Shown: piece after piece, positions 28,516-35,259 of the stretch
How positions within the stretch are numbered: the stretch's first letter is position 1
Layout of the letters: each line of letters opens with the position of its first letter
Translations under genes and position numbers: made by a program
Assembly (NCBI GenBank): GCA_902515775.1
Contig: CABXVU010000004.1
Span: 2,746 to 66,745, forward strand
Reading direction: 5' to 3'
Length of the DNA stretch: 64,000 nt
Source of the DNA: an uncultured SAR86 cluster bacterium
Lineage (GTDB): Bacteria; Pseudomonadota; Gammaproteobacteria; Magnimaribacterales; D2472
Notes under the pieces: model-generated
Database searches by the model: none
The model's input: the letters and a program-made list of their open reading frames with translations, nothing else
Told to the model about the DNA's origin: nothing

Positions 28516-29604
28516 TTAATCTTTTAGGCCAAATAACAGATTTATTAAAAAATCATTGCCCCATTCATTAGCAATTGAAAAATCGCACTTTGAATAATCA
28601 AGGTCTGATTGAGGTGGTGAGTAACAAAACCCTACATTTCTATCTATACCGGGCCAAAAATGTCCTGCATCTTTATTTAAAAGGCTAATGACTTGAACAT
28701 CATTCTTGCAACCTGAAGCTACATTCTTTTCAAAATCATCATATAAATTAAAATCTGATTGTTTGGAGGTCTTGCATTCAAATTGTTTTGACCAAGCATT
28801 AAATGTATCTTCCATTGGCTCATAAAAATAGCCATCTGACGCTCTGATATTAATTGGGGGAACGACCGTGTCTTTAACGCTTCCATAGATAATAAAATTC
28901 ACTGGCTCTTTAGGAATGCAACTAAGGTCTTTTTGTTGCATGCCTACAATATTTACAACACCTCTAAAAATGCTTGGATATTTACAAGCCAGTGCTTGAG
29001 CCATCATGCCACCATTGCTCATGCCTAATAAATATATATCTCTAATCTTATGGTCTTCCTTTGCGCGATCAATTATTTTTTTTATAAAGCCAAGATCATC
29101 ACTACAGCTTGCCCAAGCACAACGCCCTCCTCCACTACAATTAGGATACTGGGGATAAATATCTGCATCTATAGCACATATTTCACCATTTGGTGTTTGA
29201 GTCTTTGAGCCTGCCAGATCATTCCAAGAGGAAACAAATGAGCTAGGGTCATCCTCAACACTATTAAAGTAAAGCCCTTGTGGATAAATTGCTAAAAATT
29301 TATATTTGTCTGCTGCATCATTAAATCCACCAGTGGTTTGCTTTTCAAATCCGGTAGCTGTTCCTGTGTAGCCGTGGATGCCAATAAATAAATCAACTTC
29401 ATTTTTAAGATCTAGGTCTGCTGGAATATATTTTAAGTAAGTTCTATTAATTGATTCATGATTTATCGCATGCTCCGTCATTGACTCTGATAGCACCGAT
29501 AAAGACAAGAAAAGCATAGCTAAGACGTTGATTTTTTTGCTAATTAAATACACTTTTTTAAATCTACTCTTCGGCAAAGGAGTATCAACAAGAAAACTTC
29601 TCAT
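28516..29604 (-). CDS. Secreted alpha/beta-hydrolase esterase (PHB-depolymerase / LpqC-like family)
   Basis: 362 aa with a signal-like hydrophobic segment, the nucleophile elbow GMSNG and several Cys pairs. Confidence 0.6.
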   Translation of the reverse strand: MRSFLVDTPLPKSRFKKVYLISKKINVLAMLFLSLSVLSESMTEHAINHESINRTYLKYIPADLDLKNEVDLFIGIHGYTGTATGFEKQTTGGFNDAADKYKFLAIYPQGLYFNSVEDDPSSFVSSWNDLAGSKTQTPNGEICAIDADIYPQYPNCSGGGRCAWASCSDDLGFIKKIIDRAKEDHKIRDIYLLGMSNGGMMAQALACKYPSIFRGVVNIVGMQQKDLSCIPKEPVNFIIYGSVKDTVVPPINIRASDGYFYEPMEDTFNAWSKQFECKTSKQSDFNLYDDFEKNVASGCKNDVQVISLLNKDAGHFWPGIDRNVGFCYSPPQSDLDYSKCDFSIANEWGNDFLINLLFGLKD

Positions 29605-29619
29605 TTTTTATAATTTCCA

Positions 29620-29880
29620 TTAAAAGTTATTTGCTTTGAACAATATATATCCTGAAATGAACTCGCCTAAGAAAGTAATCACTGTTATAAGCAGCCCAAC
29701 AATTAAATAGAGTTTATACGATTTGGATTGTGCTTTATGCTCATTCCATCCAATTAATAAATACAGAAGGCCCAAAATGTACAAGGATAATGGAGAGAAA
29801 TAATTGTCTAAGTACAGTAACAAGATGGATAATGCGAGTCCAATAACTGCGGTAATATGAAGAAACTTAAGCATAATCAA
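29620..29880 (-). CDS. Small membrane protein
   Basis: 86 aa with three hydrophobic helices. Confidence 0.4.
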   Translation of the reverse strand: MIMLKFLHITAVIGLALSILLLYLDNYFSPLSLYILGLLYLLIGWNEHKAQSKSYKLYLIVGLLITVITFLGEFISGYILFKANNF

Positions 29881-29906
29881 TACTATACTTTAGTATCAAG
29901 CTTGTT

Positions 29907-30593
29907 TCATCGCCTTGATAGAATAACGATCCAACGACCAAGGTTTAAAATGTCGGCTAGCGCAGCCGAAACATAGGTAAGGGCCGCTGCCCTCAGAATG
30001 CTGCTAACTGCTCTTTCGTTTGACTGCGATACGTAATTCCCCTCCCTTAATATAGGAAGAGCCTTGGAAAAACTTGCATCAAATTCAATTGGCAGAGTCA
30101 CCGCATGAACCATCATGCGAGCGATAAATCCGGATAGCCCAACGATAAGCAATAAAGAAAATGGCATTGGATGCCGTGTAATAATACCGATCACTGGCGA
30201 TAAAGAGATAATTAAAGCACTCCAACGGGCCACCTTATCAATAACGGGTACCATCTTTGTTCTAGTAGCCAGACGTTTATCACCTTGCTGATCCTGAATG
30301 GCATGTCCAACCTCATGTGCGGCAATTGCAATTGCTGTTAACGATTTGGATTCATAGTGCTCTCGCAAAAGCCTAACTTTTTTTTCAATTGGATCATAAT
30401 GATCTCCCAGCTCAGTTACTTCGACCGTCACATCTTTTAAAGAAAATCGCTCAATCAAATGCTTTGCAAGTTCTCCCCCAGTGCCTGGCATTTCAGGCTT
30501 TACAGTTGAATACCTCTTCATAACCAACTTCACCCATAAAGATGGCCCAAATATTAGTGCTAGAACTATGAGCGCGCCGGCTGCTAAAACCAT
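29907..30593 (-). CDS. Membrane zinc metallopeptidase (YugP / Zn_peptidase_2-like)
   Basis: 228 aa with HEVGHAIQ, flanking TM helices and an AGGAG RBS. Confidence 0.75.
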   Translation of the reverse strand: MVLAAGALIVLALIFGPSLWVKLVMKRYSTVKPEMPGTGGELAKHLIERFSLKDVTVEVTELGDHYDPIEKKVRLLREHYESKSLTAIAIAAHEVGHAIQDQQGDKRLATRTKMVPVIDKVARWSALIISLSPVIGIITRHPMPFSLLLIVGLSGFIARMMVHAVTLPIEFDASFSKALPILREGNYVSQSNERAVSSILRAAALTYVSAALADILNLGRWIVILSRR

Positions 30594-30678
30594 GTTTGAT
30601 ACTCCTAAAATTTATTCTGCAAACGAAACAAATTTGCAACTATAAAGTTTATATAGTGATTTAATTTTATTTTAAAAG

Positions 30679-31476
30679 TTATCCATGTTTTTTTACTAAG
30701 TTTATCGCCCACTTTATTACATTTGGATTTTTCTCAGTATCAAAAATGAATTCTTGCCCAAACCCTTTATAGAAGATTCTAGATTCCTTCTCATTCTCCC
30801 ACTGCATTCTATTTAAAAATAATCCTTCTGTATTTGAAAAATATTCTGAGGGCAGCTTCCATCTAGATCGTGTTTTGTTTGCTTCGGTCAGAATTAAATC
30901 ATCATGTGTCTTTTTAAATAAACCGTGGCCCCTGTCAAAAACCTTTTTTTCATTTATCTCTAAAGTTTTTTTTCCTACATAGATAGTATTATTTGAAAAT
31001 TTAGAGGTGTCTCCAAATCCATGAGGATGAGCAATGTTCTTTTCTTTGAGATATGTGATAATTGCCTCTGATCCTTCTATGATTTCTTTTATTTGTAACC
31101 ATCCAAACAGATGATGTAAATCTCTTCCTTTAATTGAAAAGTTCTTAAACCATCCAAAGAATAAAAATAAGTCTCCTGGACCTACACTATTATTTTTTAA
31201 TTCGGTTTGAGAGGAACTTGCTTGACCGAAAATACCGATATCTTCATTTAGAAGTGGGTCATTGTGACAATAATCTGAAGGTTTGATCTTAGATGACACC
31301 TCTTTTAATAATTCTATGCCAGATGTTCCACAAAAGTTTAAATCTTCGTACTTTTTTGGAGAGGGATGATCTTGAGGAATCGGTATAGAAAAAATTCTTC
31401 CATCACTGAATATAGGTGAGGCGCTCCCCCCTGCTTTAGCATCAAATCCTTTTCTGCTTAGAATTATTCTTTTCAA
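30679..31476 (-). CDS. Conserved-looking hypothetical protein (no confident family)
   Basis: 265 aa with a TTG start. Soluble. Distinctive blocks: ILSRKGFDAKAGGSASPIF, GDLFLFFGWF, HHLFGWLQIKE. Confidence 0.5.
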   Translation of the reverse strand: MKRIILSRKGFDAKAGGSASPIFSDGRIFSIPIPQDHPSPKKYEDLNFCGTSGIELLKEVSSKIKPSDYCHNDPLLNEDIGIFGQASSSQTELKNNSVGPGDLFLFFGWFKNFSIKGRDLHHLFGWLQIKEIIEGSEAIITYLKEKNIAHPHGFGDTSKFSNNTIYVGKKTLEINEKKVFDRGHGLFKKTHDDLILTEANKTRSRWKLPSEYFSNTEGLFLNRMQWENEKESRIFYKGFGQEFIFDTEKNPNVIKWAINLVKKHG

Positions 31477-31507
31477 CTTATGAAATTAAAAAAACATGCC
31501 TATAAAT

Positions 31508-31525
31508 CAATTCCACCGTAACGGA
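31508..31525 (-). repeat. glmS 3'-end relic D (encodes SVTVE-L; stop lost)
   Basis: Plus strand caattccaccgtaacgga. The reverse complement reads tcc gtt acg gtg gaa ttg. It is followed at 31532-31542 by ttgaaatcact, the same 11-mer that sits beside the live glmS end at 35221-35231. Confidence 0.55.
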
Positions 31526-31559
31526 TTAAATTTGAAATCACTTTCATTGTCTTAATATA

Positions 31560-31850
31560 TTAAGTTATAAGCTTCGGTATTATTCCTAGTTGAGCCAGAA
31601 TACCAAAGATAATTAGCAATATAATGCTAGTGAGCGTTTTAAGGTTCTTCTGTTTAATAAATTCAAATAAGTCGTCTTCTATAAATTTTCTTATACAATC
31701 ATCAGCTTTACCCATCAACTTAACAGCTTTTCTTGTCCATTTGTCAGTCACATCAATTATTAACAAAGAAAATCCTGCAATGATAAGCCACACAAAACCA
31801 TTAAGAGTCATGTCGATTAGCCAACCTATAATCACCCAATTTATTTCCAT
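31560..31850 (-). CDS. Small membrane protein (module 1)
   Basis: 96 aa with N- and C-terminal TM helices. It is the only ORF between relics D and E. Confidence 0.45.
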   Translation of the reverse strand: MEINWVIIGWLIDMTLNGFVWLIIAGFSLLIIDVTDKWTRKAVKLMGKADDCIRKFIEDDLFEFIKQKNLKTLTSIILLIIFGILAQLGIIPKLIT

Positions 31851-31881
31851 TATTAAGCCCTAAAAAGCTAATTTTATTTTT

Positions 31882-31899
31882 CTACTCCGCGGTCATAGA
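31882..31899 (-). repeat. glmS 3'-end relic E (encodes SMTAE-stop)
   Basis: Plus strand ctactccgcggtcataga. The reverse complement reads tct atg acc gcg gag tag. The next codons (..S L I Y) share the taaact (S-L) block with relic A. Confidence 0.55.
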
Positions 31900-32018
31900 G
31901 TAGATTAAACTAACTACCTTTATTAAACCTCATGACTATTATACTTACAGTACTTTTTTTTAGACTTTTTCCTATCCATTTTTTTAAAAGAAAAGTGTTT
32001 TTCTAGTATCATATCGCC

Positions 32019-33134
32019 ATGAAAATAAATTCATTCACACCGCCAAATAGGATTTTAATGGGTCCCGGTCCATCTGATGTTTGCGACAGAGTTTTGGAGG
32101 CTATGGCTAGACCAACTATTGGTCATCTCGATCCTATTTTTATAACAATGATGGATGAAACAAAACAGTTACTTCAATATGCATTTCAAACACAGAATGA
32201 GTTAACTTTTGCCTTATCAGCTCCTGGTATGGCAGGAATGGAATCTTGCTTTGCAAATCTTGTTGAGCCTGATGATAAGGTAATTATTGCTAAAAATGGG
32301 TTCTTTGGCGAAAGAATGAAAGAGAATGTTGAGCGATTTGGCGGAATACCAATAGTTATTGATGATGAATGGGGAACAAAAGTAGACTTAAATAAAATTG
32401 AATCAGCCTTAAATGAACATAAGGATGCAAAAATTGTTGCTTCAGTTCATGCTGAAACCTCTACCGGGGCTCTTACAGATCCAAAATCAATTACAAAATT
32501 AGCACATGACCACGGATGTTTATCAATTGTAGATACTGTAACTGGTTTGGCTGGAGTTCCTTTAAAAGTAGATGAATGGGGAATTGACGCAATTTATTCT
32601 GGTACACAAAAGTGTTTGTCCGCTTCTCCTGGTTTATCGCCAATTAGTTTTAGTAATGCTGCAAAGGAAAAGATTAAGAATAGAAAATCAAAAGTAAAGA
32701 GTTGGTTTCATGATTTAAACTTAATCATGTCATATTGGGAAGGAGAAGGAGGCCGATCCTATCATCATACTGCACCAATAAATTCATTATATGGACTACA
32801 TGAAGCCTTGATTATGTTAAATGAAGAAGGCCTAGAAAATTCATGGAAAAGACATAAAGAGAACCATCTTCAACTCCGAGAGGGCTTAGAAAAATTAAAT
32901 ATTAAATTTTTAGTAAAAGAAGAGGACAGATTACCTCAATTAAATGCTATCTATATTCCTGATGGTGTAAATGATCTTGAATCAAGACAAAGACTGTTAA
33001 ACGAATTTAATCTCGAAATTGGAGCTGGTCTTGGAGTTCTTGCAGGAAAAGTTTGGCGAATTGGACTTATGGGACAATCTTCCAATAAAAAGAATATTGA
33101 ATATTGTTTAAACTCTCTTGCGGAAGTAATTTAA
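32019..33134 (+). CDS. Class V aminotransferase (alanine-glyoxylate / serine-pyruvate aminotransferase type)
   Basis: 371 aa with the PLP-lysine block SGTQKCLSASPGLSP and an N-terminal MGPGPS pattern. Confidence 0.8.
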   Translation: MKINSFTPPNRILMGPGPSDVCDRVLEAMARPTIGHLDPIFITMMDETKQLLQYAFQTQNELTFALSAPGMAGMESCFANLVEPDDKVIIAKNGFFGERMKENVERFGGIPIVIDDEWGTKVDLNKIESALNEHKDAKIVASVHAETSTGALTDPKSITKLAHDHGCLSIVDTVTGLAGVPLKVDEWGIDAIYSGTQKCLSASPGLSPISFSNAAKEKIKNRKSKVKSWFHDLNLIMSYWEGEGGRSYHHTAPINSLYGLHEALIMLNEEGLENSWKRHKENHLQLREGLEKLNIKFLVKEEDRLPQLNAIYIPDGVNDLESRQRLLNEFNLEIGAGLGVLAGKVWRIGLMGQSSNKKNIEYCLNSLAEVI

Positions 33135-33291
33135 AAATTATTAAATTCGCCATCTTCCAACCACTGTTAAAACCTGCTTTACCTTAACAGAGTATCCATA
33201 ACCAAATTCACATTTTTTATATATTTTTGCAAATAAAATATAACCAATAAGATCGGAATTAACCTTAATTTTTTAATTTATTTTGAATCTT

Positions 33292-33942
33292 CTATTTAAT
33301 CTGATTTCCATTAAAGTCATACTCCTCGATCACCCTAAGTATAGCTCCGTTTTGATATTCTATTTTTGACTTTAGTTGTCCGTTTTGATGGTATGTCACG
33401 GATATACCATGCAATTCCTCATCGTTGTTATATACTTCCTTCGATGCTATTTGACCGTTGTCATAATATGAAAATGATGTAAGAGTAACGGTTACGCCAT
33501 TTTTAACATTTTCTTTCCAGGATACTTGACCATATTCATAGCCAATCCATTCGCCCTCGTCAACACCATCAACTCTATTTCCTTCCATGGATGGAAAGCC
33601 TTCCATAAACTCGATATATTTTCCGTGCTCAAGTCCATTTTTATATCCAGTCTTAAATGAAAATAAGGTCCCACAGCCCTCATATCCCTCAAATGGTCCA
33701 TGAAGAAGCCCCCTTTTATATGACCCTGCCTCTATTGCACAAAATCCATATTCATCCTCATAGGTTACGAATCTTCCAGAAAAAGGAGTATTAGTATTTA
33801 CCTGATATTTCAAGCCCTGTCTTTCAACAAGTGATGACGAATTTATAGATTTATCTGCATATTTGATATACAAGGCTTCATTAGCCTGTAAATTTAGTAT
33901 TAAAAAAGCAAATAAAAACACATTTCTTGAAAGTATCTTCAT
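33292..33942 (-). CDS. Secreted MORN-variant repeat (YwqK-like) protein
   Basis: Repeats of the Y-x-NG-x-x-x-G type (YKNGLEHGKY, YHQNGQLKS, YQNG). I prefer the second ATG (MKILSRNVFLFAFLILNLQA) because a GGGGAA SD lies inside the first five codons of the 221-aa track ORF. Confidence 0.6.
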   Translation of the reverse strand: MKILSRNVFLFAFLILNLQANEALYIKYADKSINSSSLVERQGLKYQVNTNTPFSGRFVTYEDEYGFCAIEAGSYKRGLLHGPFEGYEGCGTLFSFKTGYKNGLEHGKYIEFMEGFPSMEGNRVDGVDEGEWIGYEYGQVSWKENVKNGVTVTLTSFSYYDNGQIASKEVYNNDEELHGISVTYHQNGQLKSKIEYQNGAILRVIEEYDFNGNQIK

Positions 33943-33999
33943 ATTTTCCCCACACAACTTAATAGTACTTTTATTTATTCTAACGCTATCTGTTAGATA

Positions 34000-34026
34000 T
34001 TTAAAATTACTCCGCCGTGACTGATT
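34000..34026 (-). repeat. glmS 3'-end relic A (27 nt, 26/27 identical to the live glmS end; encodes SVTAE-stop)
   Basis: tttaaaattactccGccgtgactgatt here versus tttaaaattactccAccgtgactgatt at 35233-35259. Confidence 0.85.
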
Positions 34027-34048
34027 GAAATAAACTCAACCTGTTTTT

Positions 34049-34318
34049 TTATAATTCAAAGGTCTCGTCTAGAATAAACATCTCAACACCGCCTGTTATT
34101 TTGTCCTCTGACATTGCCTCTGCAGTTGATGGATCATTAAATATTCTTACAAACTTATCAACATCATTTGTTTCAAAAACAGCAATTACTGTTTTATCAT
34201 TTGCTGTCCCCATATGTGCAAGAGAGACGCCCTGACTTTTAAATAAATCATCGTGAGTCTTAAACTTTTCTCTCCAGTGATCAACGCTCTCAACTTCTGC
34301 TCTTACTGCTATTAACAT
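34049..34318 (-). CDS. Small soluble hypothetical protein (ferredoxin-like alpha+beta pattern)
   Basis: 89 aa with an AAGGAG RBS upstream. I recognised no family. Confidence 0.5.
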   Translation of the reverse strand: MLIAVRAEVESVDHWREKFKTHDDLFKSQGVSLAHMGTANDKTVIAVFETNDVDKFVRIFNDPSTAEAMSEDKITGGVEMFILDETFEL

Positions 34319-34349
34319 TTAGTATCTCCTTAATAAATCATTGTTAATT

Positions 34350-34542
34350 ACTTTTTTATTCATAAACCTCTCCTAAGCAAAATAAAATTAATAATGCGGT
34401 TTAGAAAGGTTAATAATGCCACAAACCACCATTTGAATTGACCTCCATCTTCAAGAATAGATGTTAAGACAACTCCTAGAAAAACAGAATGAATAAACCA
34501 TCTTTTTTTTAAATATTTTACATTCTGTAAAAAGGACGTATT
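34350..34542 (-). pseudogene. Start-less 63-codon open frame encoding a two-TM-like peptide (possible gene remnant or non-canonical start)
   Basis: My own translation: NTSFLQNVKYLKKRWFIHSVFLGVVLTSILEDGGQFKWWFVALLTFLNRIINFILLRRGL-stop. There is no in-frame ATG/GTG/TTG; the only near-cognate codon is ATT at 34494. Confidence 0.25.
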
Positions 34543-34614
34543 TTAGAATTCTCAGTACTTATATAATAAATTCAAAACTTCTCACTATAATTTTATCAAC
34601 CAATAAATCTTTCT

Positions 34615-34632
34615 CTATTCAACTGTGACTGA
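34615..34632 (-). repeat. glmS 3'-end relic C (encodes SVTVE-stop with different codons)
   Basis: Plus strand ctattcaactgtgactga. The reverse complement reads tca gtc aca gtt gaa tag. Confidence 0.6.
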
Positions 34633-34636
34633 GTGT

Positions 34637-34652
34637 TTTTAAACAGTGATTT
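34637..34652. repeat. Left arm of the perfect 16-bp inverted repeat bracketing the ZnR-SWIM module
   Basis: ttttaaacagtgattt is the exact reverse complement of aaatcactgtttaaaa at 35224-35239. Confidence 0.9.
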
Positions 34653-34665
34653 GATTTTTTGCAAT

Positions 34666-35010
34666 TCATTTTTTCATTACAGATTTAAATTTTTGAAGAA
34701 CTATTTTCTTTTTGGCAGCAATTTCTTTTTTTATTTCTGCCTCTTGTTTTTTAATTTCTTCTAACTCAATCCACGCTTCTTCTAAATCACTTCCTGGTAA
34801 CCAAGATTTAATTTCATTAATTTGCGAATCATCTAGACCTATATACTTTTGTTTTTTCCCCTCAAAAACACTCATCCAGTGTTTGCAATGAGTTCCCATC
34901 GATCCTGCAGGACAATCACAAATGCATTTCAAATTTGTGCCACTCAAACTTATTGTTATGTTGTATGGTTGTGCTGCACTTCCTTGAACCTGATAACTAA
35001 TTTCTTTCAT
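34666..35010 (-). CDS. SWIM zinc-finger protein with C-terminal coiled coil
   Basis: 114 aa with the SWIM signature CxCx(n)CxH (CICDCPAGSMGTHCKH) after a beta-rich N-terminus, then a K/E-rich helix. Spaced 2 nt from the upstream ORF. Confidence 0.65.
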   Translation of the reverse strand: MKEISYQVQGSAAQPYNITISLSGTNLKCICDCPAGSMGTHCKHWMSVFEGKKQKYIGLDDSQINEIKSWLPGSDLEEAWIELEEIKKQEAEIKKEIAAKKKIVLQKFKSVMKK

Positions 35011-35012
35011 CT

Positions 35013-35219
35013 TTAAACATCTCTAGAGCAGAATCTACAAACTGTCGCATCTTTTTTTATATGCTCTTTGCAAAACTGGCACACTTTGTAACCACTTGGA
35101 CTTGCTAGTTGTTGGAAAAATACAACAACAAGGTGAAGCATTATTGATAAAAGTACTGCTGAACCCCATACGGAAATCATATATAAATGAAGTACTAAAA
35201 AAATGCCATGTATTATCAT
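35013..35219 (-). CDS. Small two-TM protein with C-terminal zinc ribbon
   Basis: 68 aa with two hydrophobic helices followed by CQFCKEHIKKDATVCRFC. Confidence 0.5.
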   Translation of the reverse strand: MIIHGIFLVLHLYMISVWGSAVLLSIMLHLVVVFFQQLASPSGYKVCQFCKEHIKKDATVCRFCSRDV

Positions 35220-35223
35220 CTTG

Positions 35224-35239
35224 AAATCACTGTTTAAAA
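35224..35239. repeat. Right arm of the 16-bp inverted repeat (abuts the glmS stop codon)
   Basis: aaatcactgtttaaaa, immediately next to the glmS TAA (35240-35242). Confidence 0.9.
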
Positions 35240-35259
35240 TTACTCCACCGTGACTGATT
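35233..35259 (-). repeat. Live glmS 3' end (copy B of the 27-nt repeat)
   Basis: tttaaaattactccaccgtgactgatt: the last 17 coding nt of glmS (K-SVTVE), the stop, and 7 nt downstream. Confidence 0.9.

Larger units (their letters stand above)
31508..35259 (-). mobile_element. glmS-anchored array of four small insertion modules delimited by five glmS 3'-end copies
   Basis: See the repeat features at 31508, 31882, 34000, 34615 and 35233. All are in the same orientation, all are intergenic, and all encode S-V/M-T-V/A-E. No recombinase gene is present in the window. Confidence 0.5.

Noticed and set aside
30612-30632. Possible sixth glmS-end relic (ttattctgcaaacga)
   Set aside because: Only the tattc pentamer matches. 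The reverse translation gives S-F-A-E-stop, one residue short, with no further similarity. This is consistent with chance.
31508-35259. Tn7 or CRISPR-associated-transposon insertion at attTn7 downstream of glmS
   Set aside because: There are no tnsA/B/C/D-like or cas genes, and I saw no Tn7-type end with repeated TnsB-binding sites. Tn7 makes 5-bp target duplications, not copies of the glmS terminus. The modules are far too small.
31508-35259. Integron cassette array
   Set aside because: There is no intI in the window. The boundary sequences are glmS coding ends rather than attC-type imperfect palindromes. One module carries a gene on the opposite strand.
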